IMG/VR virus record: IMGVR_UViG_3300042566_002057
Span: 87,951-151,950 of that record
Reading direction: 5' to 3' (one strand)
Source of the DNA: a virus
DNA: 64,000 nt
Shown piece after piece: positions 9,382-18,201 of the stretch. The position numbers and the translations under genes were made by a program. The number at the start of each line of letters is the position of its first letter. The first letter of the stretch is position 1. A model generated the notes under the pieces. It saw only the letters and a list, made by a program, of their open reading frames with translations. It was not told the origin of the DNA and searched no databases.

Positions 9382-9473
9382 GGTCGTAAGTCAGGAGAAG
9401 GAACGGAGCAGAAACCTCTTAGAAATAAGGTAAGGAAACGAAAGCAAAAGAGCCTGATGTTTTGACCCCGTTC
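9382..9473 (+). ncRNA. Candidate pseudoknotted structured RNA in the dnaK 3' region
   Basis: GGTC/GACC, TCAGG/CCTGA, GAAA-tetraloop hairpin, crossing GAACGG/CCGTTC. Confidence 0.3.
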
Positions 9474-9494
9474 AAGTTAAAGATATGAAAAACT

Positions 9495-9525
9495 AAAAAA
9501 CCCAGTCAATATTGACTGGGTTTTT
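9495..9525. terminator. Bidirectional terminator
   Basis: AAAAAACCCAGTCAAT/ATTGACTGGGTTTTT between convergent genes. Confidence 0.85.
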
Positions 9526-9528
9526 CTT

Positions 9529-10764
9529 TTATAGTGAGTCGTAGTCTCCGCATGTACTTCTACATTCTCTGTCTAATCCAGAGTAATCAGAATCGTTTGT
9601 AATAACATTTTCATCTAAATTTAAGTAACTCATAGTATCCATATAAGGATAGTAATCCCAATCAACATCATCAGCGTGTACAACAATTCGACCTAATTTT
9701 CTATTTGTTCCATCTGTAATCTGTTCCCATTGTTCCATAGATTGAGAAGTTTTATACCACCATCCATTTTTCTCAGCAAATTGCTTAAACAGTTCTACAT
9801 CAGAATCGTGTGTGGTGTAGATTCTATCCATAAATTTAATAGGACTTCCCTCAAACTCAGCATCCCATAGAATTGCTCTACCTCTAATTTTGTCTGAAAC
9901 ATATTTATCACCAGTGATTGTGCCATTTTCTGAATAAAGAATGACCATAGATACTTGTTTATTGTTACAATAAATGTCAAAGTAAGATGAATTGACACTT
10001 GCCATACAAGAATTATTAAGAGTACCACCACCACTTTGATAATTATCTTCATCATACCAATTTGAAATATCATCACCTTTAACAACATCAAATTGTTTAA
10101 GAGCATCTTTAGCAAAATCGTAAGTTGCTTTATATTGATTAGTAAAATCTTCGATATCTTTGTCAGTGAATGCCACATTAGCACTTCTAAGTAAAGCTCT
10201 CACAAGTCTACCAATTTTCATATTGTTTCTTGAAGTTGACCAAACAGCTTTTATTTCTGGATCATTTACTTCTAAACAACTTTTATTTAATACAGTTAGT
10301 CTTGGATTTTCAACATCATACTCTTGAAATAGTACAAAAGTTTTTCCAGAAACTGAACTTATTGTTTCAGATAAAATAGTACCAAATATTCCAATATCAG
10401 GTGCCCAATTTGGTCTACCTTCTTTATTATAACCAAGTGCTTCAAATATTTTATTATTTTTATCACTATGAGTTAGATACTTACCTGATTCAACAACCAT
10501 CCAAGTTTCTGGTTTACCAGCGTAAAGCTCTTGAGCTTTTCTATCTGGTGTAAAACTAACAGCATCTTTCTCATCCGTTATGTCAATAAAGTTATATTGT
10601 ACTGGATAATCCTTTGAGTTTATTTTAATTAGTTCTGATGAAATCTTGTTACTATTAAACTTATTAATTAAGTTTATAAACTTTGATGAGAATACTACTT
10701 TAGATTCAAGTAGTAAATCATATATTTGGTTTTCTAATAAAAATTCGTTATATCTATTAATCAT
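9529..10764 (-). CDS. Phage hypothetical protein with N-terminal capsid-targeting-like tag
   Basis: Starts MINRYNEFLLE; GTLNNSCM, GRAILW, FMDRIY and YPYMDT motifs. Confidence 0.8.
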   Translation of the reverse strand: MINRYNEFLLENQIYDLLLESKVVFSSKFINLINKFNSNKISSELIKINSKDYPVQYNFIDITDEKDAVSFTPDRKAQELYAGKPETWMVVESGKYLTHSDKNNKIFEALGYNKEGRPNWAPDIGIFGTILSETISSVSGKTFVLFQEYDVENPRLTVLNKSCLEVNDPEIKAVWSTSRNNMKIGRLVRALLRSANVAFTDKDIEDFTNQYKATYDFAKDALKQFDVVKGDDISNWYDEDNYQSGGGTLNNSCMASVNSSYFDIYCNNKQVSMVILYSENGTITGDKYVSDKIRGRAILWDAEFEGSPIKFMDRIYTTHDSDVELFKQFAEKNGWWYKTSQSMEQWEQITDGTNRKLGRIVVHADDVDWDYYPYMDTMSYLNLDENVITNDSDYSGLDRECRSTCGDYDSL

Positions 10765-10854
10765 AAAAAAATTATTTGTCTTAAAACTATATATTAATTA
10801 AGAATTTTCAATATTCAATTTTTTAACCAAAAATGTAAAATTATATATACCTAT

Positions 10855-11109
10855 GTGGAAGTTATTTTAGGAAAAATAATAAAGAAGAAAACTATCAAAA
10901 TAATCAAAACTATTGGTATTGATATTTTTGAGATTGTCATTAAAATGCCAATAAGTTTTATTGTATTTGACTCTATTGAATATGTAGAATCAACAGGTAA
11001 GATAATTCTTCACTATTGGGAAGAAGACTATGATATGAATTGTGATTTTGATGATTTAGAAAATGAAGATAAATTAAAAATCTATGAGATACTTTCTAAG
11101 TTCTTATAA
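10855..11109 (+). CDS. Hypothetical protein
   Basis: 84-aa ORF after TATATATA (10842-10849). Confidence 0.55.
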   Translation: MEVILGKIIKKKTIKIIKTIGIDIFEIVIKMPISFIVFDSIEYVESTGKIILHYWEEDYDMNCDFDDLENEDKLKIYEILSKFL

Positions 11110-12135
11110 ACTATTTAACATATCAATCAACTCTTTCTGTGGAAAGATGTCAAATTTATCTTTTCTAACTTGAGTATGGCTTCTTAGACCACCTAAACTA
11201 AACCACTTTTCATCATAGTTAAACCAGTCTTCATTATAAATTCCTTTTTCAATTTCAATTCCCCAACGGTTCTGTAAATAAGTAATTAGTTTAGATAAAG
11301 AGTCTAATTGTTTATCTGTATATTTTTCCCAATATTTATAACCTCTAAATGAATTAGAAAGTTCTACAACATCTTTTTCTGAGATTGTTTTATTAACATA
11401 GTTTAGAAATCTACCATCTCTACTCATCGTAAGAGGTCCATAGTTACAAAGTTCAATTGAAATTGATTTTGAGTTTAACTCTTCACTATTTTTGTGATTT
11501 ACTCCTAAATGATAACCCCAGTATCTATCATCTATAGCTCTTAATATTCTACCATCCCATAAAACTTCATTTGTTGAAGAAGATTTTCTTCCAATTACAT
11601 AATGAGTACCTACTCTTAATGGTTTAGGAACACCATTGGAATCTAAAACCGAATTTCCGTTAGAATCTTTTACATAATCTTTTTCCCAACCACCTATTGT
11701 CCAATCTGGTCTTGAACCACCAGCTGTATGATGTAACCAAATTGTATTTTTCTTTGTTTGTTTTTTAATGAACTCTTCTTCTTTTAATAAACAATCGTTA
11801 ATAACTAAACCATTGTCTCCGATATATGACACATCAAATGGAATATCTTTTACCGTAATAGGAACTTTATTCAATGATTCCATTTTAGAATTTTCAAGTT
11901 GAAGAGGTGTTGGATTTGGATTGTGATGTAAAATATGACTCCAAGTTTGTGGACCAACAACTCCATCAGGTCTTAAATCAACTCTTCTCTGAAAATTAGT
12001 AACTGCTAAAAGTGTATTTTGTCCAAAATATCCGTCAATTCTATCTTTAAATAAACCAAAATCTTTTAATTTGTTTTGTACAAATCTAACGTCATCTCCT
12101 GACATTCTTAACATTATAATTCTCTGCAGTTTCAT
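11104..12135 (-). CDS. N-acetylmuramoyl-L-alanine amidase with N-terminal peptidoglycan-binding domain (endolysin)
   Basis: DGYFGQNT..AVTNFQ..DGVVGPQTW; LHHTAG, HYVI, SIELCN, SHTQVRKDKFD. Confidence 0.9.
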   Translation of the reverse strand: MKLQRIIMLRMSGDDVRFVQNKLKDFGLFKDRIDGYFGQNTLLAVTNFQRRVDLRPDGVVGPQTWSHILHHNPNPTPLQLENSKMESLNKVPITVKDIPFDVSYIGDNGLVINDCLLKEEEFIKKQTKKNTIWLHHTAGGSRPDWTIGGWEKDYVKDSNGNSVLDSNGVPKPLRVGTHYVIGRKSSSTNEVLWDGRILRAIDDRYWGYHLGVNHKNSEELNSKSISIELCNYGPLTMSRDGRFLNYVNKTISEKDVVELSNSFRGYKYWEKYTDKQLDSLSKLITYLQNRWGIEIEKGIYNEDWFNYDEKWFSLGGLRSHTQVRKDKFDIFPQKELIDMLNSL

Positions 12136-12650
12136 TATGAAAAATTATTTTTATATCTTTCTTTTTGTTTCTTTTCTAAGTATGCTTTAACATCAGCATA
12201 TGTCACACTACCTGGATTGGTAAACACTTTTTCCGGATCTCCTTCTGAGACAGGCTCTAGTTTTCTAAGTTCTTCATTTTTCACTTTTTCTTCATACTTT
12301 AAATCAACATCTTTAAGTAAGAATCCAATATAGTGGTCAATTCCTTTTTCTTTTGTTAATTTTTTATCAAATGTGTAAAGAAATTCCTCAAAAGTATCTC
12401 CTGTATAAAGCGCAAATGTATCGTCTTTAATTAAGTGATCTACATAAAACTTTACGTCACCGACATTACCCTGAGCATAAATTGTAGTTTTATATTGATT
12501 CTGATAAAAGAATGCAAACTCATCCTTTCTATTCATATCTCTTCTACCACTTTTATCTACGGTAATAACAAGACCTAAATTTTGTCTAAAATATTTTGAA
12601 GTTTTAAAAACTTGTGCTACTTGATAAGAAGTAATTATATTGATTGCCAT
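12135..12650 (-). CDS. Hypothetical protein
   Basis: 171-aa ORF coupled to the endolysin gene. Confidence 0.7.
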   Translation of the reverse strand: MAINIITSYQVAQVFKTSKYFRQNLGLVITVDKSGRRDMNRKDEFAFFYQNQYKTTIYAQGNVGDVKFYVDHLIKDDTFALYTGDTFEEFLYTFDKKLTKEKGIDHYIGFLLKDVDLKYEEKVKNEELRKLEPVSEGDPEKVFTNPGSVTYADVKAYLEKKQKERYKNNFS

Positions 12651-12678
12651 ACATTATTTATTAAAAAAATGTACCTTC

Positions 12679-13242
12679 CTATTCAGTTTCTATCTTGAAT
12701 TCTTCATCATTATCATCAAATGTTTCATCTAACTCTAACTTTAAGTCAATAATTAAATCTTCAGAAATTTTCTTAATCTCTGTGTTTTTAGATATTTGAC
12801 CCATTATCTCAAAGTTAGCAGCGATATCATACTTTTTAAATTTGATATAACAATTTTTTATATCGTCTATTGTGAAATCTTTGTTTGGATCTTTTGGTAA
12901 AGCTTCTTTTAAGTCAATCATTATAATCATAGTGTACATAAAATCAGCATCTTGAAATGTTACACTTAACGAATCATATAACTTAGAGTATTTAGAAATT
13001 TCAGAGTTTTCTAATCTTAAACCTAAGTCTTTAAAAGACATCTTTGACTTATCTTTAGCGTCTTCTTTAGCTTTCTTTATTGATTTTGTTGTTTCTTCTT
13101 CTGGCTCTCTATCCGATCCTTCATACTCAAACATCTTATCAATCTTTCTTTTAAGTTGACTTAGTAAAGTAGAGATATAAGTTTCTGGAGTATCATTCAA
13201 TAATTCCTCTTTGATAAACTCTGTAAATTTAATAACTTTCAT
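12679..13242 (-). CDS. Hypothetical protein with N-terminal capsid-targeting-like tag
   Basis: Starts MKVIKFTEFIKEE; TAATATATA upstream. Confidence 0.75.
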   Translation of the reverse strand: MKVIKFTEFIKEELLNDTPETYISTLLSQLKRKIDKMFEYEGSDREPEEETTKSIKKAKEDAKDKSKMSFKDLGLRLENSEISKYSKLYDSLSVTFQDADFMYTMIIMIDLKEALPKDPNKDFTIDDIKNCYIKFKKYDIAANFEIMGQISKNTEIKKISEDLIIDLKLELDETFDDNDEEFKIETE

Positions 13243-13267
13243 ATTGTATATATTAAATATTTATCCT

Positions 13268-13275
13268 TATATTTG
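13268..13275 (+). promoter_or_regulatory. TAnnTTTG -7 element
   Basis: TATATTTG 5 nt before the uvsE start. Confidence 0.55.
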
Positions 13276-13280
13276 TAACT

Positions 13281-14207
13281 ATGATGAAAAATATAGGGTA
13301 TTGTTGCATTCCAATGGGTTGTAATGTCGGTCTTAAAAAGAAAGAACAAATTACAGTAAACAGAGGAATGGTTCGTAAAACATTTGATGCTAAAGGATTA
13401 CCTTATGTGTCTGAGTTAGTTATTGAGAATCTTAAAGATACTCTCAAAGTATTAGACTATAATCTTAAAAATCATATCTACATCTATCGTTTGAGTTCAG
13501 ACTCTTTTCCTTGGATGTCTGAGTATGAGTTTTCTGACTTACCAAACTTTAATGTAATACAAAATCTTATGACTAAAATTGGTGATAAGATTAAATCAAA
13601 TGGTATTCGTTGCTCGTATCACCCAGGTCCTTTCAATGTTTTGGCAAGTGAGAACCCATCTGTTGTAGAAAAAACAATCAAAGAATTAAATAAACATGCT
13701 GAACTTATGGATATGATGGGTTTAGACCAAACTACATTCTATCCAATCAATATTCATATCAATACTACTCAACCAACGAGAGAAGAAGCGGCTCAACGAT
13801 TTGTTGATAGGTTTCCACTTCTTTCTGAGTCTTGTAAGAAAAGACTTACTCTTGAGAATGATGATTCACCAAATCAATACTCTGTAAAGATTTTACATGA
13901 TTTAGTTCATACTAAGATTGGTATTCCAATTGTGTTTGACCAACATCACTTTAATTATGGTCCACAAGACCAATCAATGGAAGAGGCTTTGAAATTGGCT
14001 CACTCTACTTGGTCTACAAGAGTAATGACACATATGAGTTCGCCAAAAACATTAGAAGATAATTCTGGTAAACAAACCGCACATGCTGACTACATCTATG
14101 AAGAAATTAAAACATTTGGTCTTGACTTTGATACAGAGATTGAAGCGAAAGCAAAAGACCTCGCAGTTATCAGATACAGACAACAATTTAAAGTTCTCAA
14201 AGGGTGA
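13281..14207 (+). CDS. uvsE: UV damage endonuclease UvsE/UVDE
   Basis: YRLSS, HPGPFNVLAS, LENDD, FDQHH, HADY, EAKAKD. Confidence 0.92.
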   Translation: MMKNIGYCCIPMGCNVGLKKKEQITVNRGMVRKTFDAKGLPYVSELVIENLKDTLKVLDYNLKNHIYIYRLSSDSFPWMSEYEFSDLPNFNVIQNLMTKIGDKIKSNGIRCSYHPGPFNVLASENPSVVEKTIKELNKHAELMDMMGLDQTTFYPINIHINTTQPTREEAAQRFVDRFPLLSESCKKRLTLENDDSPNQYSVKILHDLVHTKIGIPIVFDQHHFNYGPQDQSMEEALKLAHSTWSTRVMTHMSSPKTLEDNSGKQTAHADYIYEEIKTFGLDFDTEIEAKAKDLAVIRYRQQFKVLKG

Positions 14208-14409
14208 TTTTGTTAGAATATTTACTGAACCTGATGGTATCTGGTCGGTTTCATTTACTGGTAAAATAATCGACTACGAATCTGGGTTAAAAGAACCTGT
14301 TTACATAGTTGAGACTTATTCATCTAATCTTAGGTTTCCGGAATCGGCGTTAAAACATAACAATCCAGATGATGAAAGAGATTGGAAACTTAAACAATTA
14401 TTAAAATGA
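14098..14409 (+). CDS. SH3/KOW-like small protein with C-terminal tag
   Basis: KFSKGDFVRI...; ends ERDWKLKQLLK; start uncertain, overlaps uvsE. Confidence 0.6.
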   Translation: MKKLKHLVLTLIQRLKRKQKTSQLSDTDNNLKFSKGDFVRIFTEPDGIWSVSFTGKIIDYESGLKEPVYIVETYSSNLRFPESALKHNNPDDERDWKLKQLLK

Positions 14410-14723
14410 TAAAAAGACTATTATCTATATTCAAGAAAAATAAAGTAGAAAATAACTATGGTTATATCAAATTTGATAAAGGTGACGAAGTTAAAGTAAC
14501 TATCTACTCAGAGATACCAGAATTTTGGTATGTTGGTGAAGTATTAGATATTAATGCTAGATATGTTATACCTTCAATTGAATCAAGTTGGCAAGTAGAA
14601 TATTATGTTGTTTTTATTAATAGTATGAATGACAAAGTGACCGAATGGTTCTCAGAATCACAGTTGATGAAATACTCTTTACAAGAAGAACGTAACTCAC
14701 GAATAGAACAGATATTAAACTAA
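14406..14723 (+). CDS. SH3/KOW-like small protein with C-terminal tag
   Basis: KFDKGDEVKV...WFSESQL; ends ERNSRIEQILN. Confidence 0.7.
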   Translation: MIKRLLSIFKKNKVENNYGYIKFDKGDEVKVTIYSEIPEFWYVGEVLDINARYVIPSIESSWQVEYYVVFINSMNDKVTEWFSESQLMKYSLQEERNSRIEQILN

Positions 14724-14752
14724 AAAAGAGAGTCATTGACTCTCTTTTTTTT
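14722..14752. terminator. Bidirectional terminator
   Basis: AAAAAAGAGAGTCA-T-TGACTCTCTTTTTT between convergent genes. Confidence 0.8.
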
Positions 14753-15197
14753 ACACGTTTTCCTTTTCTAATTCTTCTGGGTGTAGTAGACCTCTTCGAT
14801 ATTTTTTGAATCTTTCTTCATATCGAGTTTTAACTCTATCTGATATTGGAATAGGAAGACCCTCTTCATCTAACTTAACAAAAACCATTTTTGTTGAGCA
14901 AACTAGATTTTGCCTTCCGGTGTGGACATTGTGTTTTCTAGCCTCTAGATTAATCGTAATTGAAGTTTTACCAAACTTATCAACAGATGCGTATATCTTT
15001 AATAGGTTTCCTACTTTAACTGGGCTTTGGAAAACCACCTCTTCTATCTTTTTAGTTACCATTTTTGCTGAATCACAGATCTGACAAGCGTAAGCAGCGG
15101 CAGCCTCATCTAAAAAAGACATCATATTTCCACCAAACAGATTTCCGTGTACTCCTAAGTCTAATGCCATACAAATTTTTGTTGTAACAAGTTCCAT
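14751..15197 (-). CDS. Hotdog-fold acyl-CoA thioesterase (YciA-like)
   Basis: DLGVHGNLFGGNMMSFLDEAA, FQSPVKVG. Confidence 0.85.
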   Translation of the reverse strand: MELVTTKICMALDLGVHGNLFGGNMMSFLDEAAAAYACQICDSAKMVTKKIEEVVFQSPVKVGNLLKIYASVDKFGKTSITINLEARKHNVHTGRQNLVCSTKMVFVKLDEEGLPIPISDRVKTRYEERFKKYRRGLLHPEELEKENV

Positions 15198-15227
15198 ATT
15201 AATTATATAGATTATTGGAAATTAAGT

Positions 15228-15956
15228 TTAGAATGGAGTCGCTACCCCTCTTTTAGAAACAACAATTGCAGACATTTTATTTGCAAAAATTATTGATTCT
15301 TCAATATTCTGAGTTTGATAGAATTTTAGAATAAATGAAGATGTAAAAGTATCACCAGCTCCACTAACATCTATAGTTTCCTGTGGATTGTCACTTGAGT
15401 ATATTTTAGAATTAAACATAGAACCTTTACTTCCTAAAGTCACTATGATATTATCAGATGATATATCTTGATTAGAATTATATTCAGACTCATTTAACTT
15501 AACAAATGTAAAGTCAGAAGTAACATTTGATTTTAGTTTTCTTTTAGAATCTAATATAGATAATTTAGATTTTTTAGATATTGTAATTAAATCATCATCA
15601 CTTAAGAATCCTTTGTTATAATCACTAACAATGATAATATCAAAAGTATCAAACTCAATTATGTCTTCAAATTTAGATATAAATTGATCACCCTCATCTA
15701 ATCTTATGAACATATGATTAGACTTTTTTTCAATAAACCTGGACTTATTTATTATTTCTCTTTGATGTATATGAGTTATATTTATTTCAGAACTAATTGA
15801 TTTGAGATTTCTCACGACGTTTCCTGACATACCTTCATTCTCAATTATTTCAATTGGTCTTAGAATAGGGACTGGTGCCTCCGGGCAAAATCTTGGGACT
15901 TCGCAGTAAACAAATTTATCACTGCATGTTTCACCTATCACTAAAATTTTTATCAT
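15228..15956 (-). CDS. PfkB-family sugar kinase (HldE/RfaE kinase-like)
   Basis: PEAPVP, SDYNKG, DVSGAGDTF. Confidence 0.85.
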   Translation of the reverse strand: MIKILVIGETCSDKFVYCEVPRFCPEAPVPILRPIEIIENEGMSGNVVRNLKSISSEINITHIHQREIINKSRFIEKKSNHMFIRLDEGDQFISKFEDIIEFDTFDIIIVSDYNKGFLSDDDLITISKKSKLSILDSKRKLKSNVTSDFTFVKLNESEYNSNQDISSDNIIVTLGSKGSMFNSKIYSSDNPQETIDVSGAGDTFTSSFILKFYQTQNIEESIIFANKMSAIVVSKRGVATPF

Positions 15957-16654
15957 TATTTTATTTTATAATATTTGAATGGTAAAGTTGATTCTTCCCA
16001 GGTTGGTTCAAGTTCTACAATATCATCAGGAGTCAACTGGTTATCAGCAATTGAAACTAAATGTGTTCCAGGTTTTAACTGACTAACGATATATTCAACA
16101 TCAGATTCATCAAAAAGTAAATCATTTACAAATACAAATGTTGCATCAGAAAAATCTATGTTTCTAATATCATCATTAATAAATTGTATATTATCATTAC
16201 TATTAACTTGATTTTGTATAAACTTTGAGTATAAATATCTGACTTTGTCTATTTCAACACCGACATATTTTCCAAAATTAGATATAAGTGATAAGTGTAA
16301 AACTATTTTACCATTACCTGATCCAATATCATAGAAAACCGATTTCTCATTTATATCAATTTTTGTTTTTATAAAATTGTAAAGAGAATCAACACCTACC
16401 TTTTTCAATTCACCATAAGTAGTTTTAAGGTCTTTTAGTTGTGAAATATAATCCCAAGCTTTTTCTGTCTCTAAATATTTTAGAGTTTCCTCTCTTTTTC
16501 TACCTTTAACTCTATTGTATTCATCAATTTCTTCTTGTGTCAGATATTGCCAGTAATCATAGTTATTTGCAATATCATCTATCTCAAATAAATTAAATGA
16601 GTAAAGACTTTTTATTAAGTCAAAATTCTGTATTCTTTTTATAAAATCATCCAT
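15956..16654 (-). CDS. Class I SAM-dependent methyltransferase, DOT1-like
   Basis: TYGEL, VFYDIGSGNGK, GVEID, ATFVFVND. Confidence 0.7.
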   Translation of the reverse strand: MDDFIKRIQNFDLIKSLYSFNLFEIDDIANNYDYWQYLTQEEIDEYNRVKGRKREETLKYLETEKAWDYISQLKDLKTTYGELKKVGVDSLYNFIKTKIDINEKSVFYDIGSGNGKIVLHLSLISNFGKYVGVEIDKVRYLYSKFIQNQVNSNDNIQFINDDIRNIDFSDATFVFVNDLLFDESDVEYIVSQLKPGTHLVSIADNQLTPDDIVELEPTWEESTLPFKYYKIK

Positions 16655-17060
16655 ATTGAATTACTTCTAATCCCGCACTTTCAAGAAAATCAATTCCTGA
16701 TGTGTCTTTATATTTTTCTATATAAACTAATCTTTTTATTCCAGATTGTAGAATCAATTTAGAACAATCTTTACAAGGTGAATGTGTTTGATATAAAGTA
16801 CCACCTTCACAAGAATGCCCGTGTTTAGCACATTTCAGAATAGCATTAGCCTCTCCATGAATAACATACCAGTTAGTATCACCATCTAAATTCTCACAAC
16901 AATTATCAAAACCAGTTGGTGTCCCATTATATCCATCAGATATAATCATACCATTTTTAACTATTAAGGCACCTACTTGTTTTCTTGTACAATGTGAAAG
17001 TTTAGACCACTCTGTAGCCATACTCAAATAAGTTCTATCATATCTTTCCTGTTTAGTCAT
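16647..17060 (-). CDS. dCMP deaminase
   Basis: GYNGTP, HGEANAI, PCKDC. Confidence 0.92.
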   Translation of the reverse strand: MTKQERYDRTYLSMATEWSKLSHCTRKQVGALIVKNGMIISDGYNGTPTGFDNCCENLDGDTNWYVIHGEANAILKCAKHGHSCEGGTLYQTHSPCKDCSKLILQSGIKRLVYIEKYKDTSGIDFLESAGLEVIQYG

Positions 17061-17253
17061 TGAATATTTTTTTAATTTTTCTTTGTCTTAAAAGAGGTTT
17101 ACTCAGTCTCTGTAGATCCTTAATCAATTCTCTATCAATACTTTTAGCCAATTCTTCAGATAGAATTTTAGTAAGTTCTGACTCTATGTCTGTTCCGTAT
17201 GGACTAATACTATTGTCCTGTACTTCAATACCTTTAACTTTATACTTTTTCAC
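17053..17253 (-). CDS. Mini-protein: gp23-like major capsid fragment plus C-terminal tag
   Basis: QD...GTDIESELTKILSEELAKSIDRELIKDL then LRQRKIKKIFND. Confidence 0.6.
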   Translation of the reverse strand: MKKYKVKGIEVQDNSISPYGTDIESELTKILSEELAKSIDRELIKDLQRLSKPLLRQRKIKKIFND

Positions 17254-17428
17254 CGAATAATCTATTAACTTTTTCTTTTCTAAAATTGACCTTTTGTTTA
17301 TTATAAACTTCCTGTATCATATCACCAACTGATGGTGATGTAACTACATAATTTGCACTTCCTCTTAAAGATGATTTATGAATAGTTTCTGATACTTTTA
17401 ATAATTTATCAATTAAGTCTTTACTCAT
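17240..17428 (-). CDS. Mini-protein: gp23-like major capsid fragment plus C-terminal tag
   Basis: LIDKLLKVSETIHKSSLRGSANYVVTSPSV then FRKEKVNRLFG. Confidence 0.6.
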   Translation of the reverse strand: MSKDLIDKLLKVSETIHKSSLRGSANYVVTSPSVGDMIQEVYNKQKVNFRKEKVNRLFGEKV

Positions 17429-18192
17429 ATTATATTTTTAACATTCCAATTTTCCGGTAAATACTTAGCCTTAGTATTTTCAATAAAATGAAGTCTCCAC
17501 ATCTCAATAAATTGTTGAATATTTTCTAAATTTTCTACTACAATCTGACCGTGACTTTTATTAATTTTCTTAGACCTCATAGTTGATATTCTTTCAAGTC
17601 TGGATTTAGTAAGATGTTTGTAATTGAAATATTCTCTTAATGTCTTTTTCATCATAACTACTCTTTCTTTAGGTATTTTTGATAAATCCTTATTGAGAAG
17701 AGTTGTTGAGATTTTAGCCAATTTAATCAACTCACTATTGTATTCGTACTCTCCAGTTATTGGAGCATAATAATCAATCGAAAGTTTTTGTTTAAGTTCA
17801 TCAGCTTTTCTTTCATAAGTGTCGTGACAATCAACACACATAAGAAGTACATCATGAAAATTATGAGACTTTAGTTTTAGTGGAAACCACTTTCTATAAC
17901 AAGTAGGTATTACGTGGTGTCTAGTAAGATAATTTTCAGTATTACAAACAACACAATGATTTTTCATCTGTGAAAGTCCAAAGTTTCTTTCGTGATTACC
18001 TAAACCATTAGGTCTGAAATTTAGTCTTATTGTGTTTTCATCAATATAGTTGGCTAAGTTTCTTTTAATATACCAGTTGATGCGTTTTTCATCACATCGA
18101 AACATCAATATACCATCAGGTGATTCAACTTGATAGTTACCATACACCCTTCTGTTTTGACCAACACCGAATGATTTTACCAGTCTACTCAA
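17425..18192 (-). CDS. HNH-type nuclease resembling the C-terminal domain of eukaryotic EXD2
   Basis: PDG..CD...WY, CVVC..RHHVIP..YRKWFP..HDVLLMCVDCH, WRLHF..YLPENW. Confidence 0.7.
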   Translation of the reverse strand: MSRLVKSFGVGQNRRVYGNYQVESPDGILMFRCDEKRINWYIKRNLANYIDENTIRLNFRPNGLGNHERNFGLSQMKNHCVVCNTENYLTRHHVIPTCYRKWFPLKLKSHNFHDVLLMCVDCHDTYERKADELKQKLSIDYYAPITGEYEYNSELIKLAKISTTLLNKDLSKIPKERVVMMKKTLREYFNYKHLTKSRLERISTMRSKKINKSHGQIVVENLENIQQFIEMWRLHFIENTKAKYLPENWNVKNII

Positions 18193-18201
18193 TGTAAATG
18201 A

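Noticed and set aside
9405-9460. c-di-GMP-I riboswitch or hammerhead ribozyme
   Set aside because: Only partial resemblance (GAAA hairpin, CTGATG); the required core residues and spacing do not match, so it is kept as an unclassified candidate.
17053-17428. Frameshifted pseudogene of a single major capsid gene
   Set aside because: The fragments are in reversed order, each has its own start and tag, and a third lies 25 kb away.
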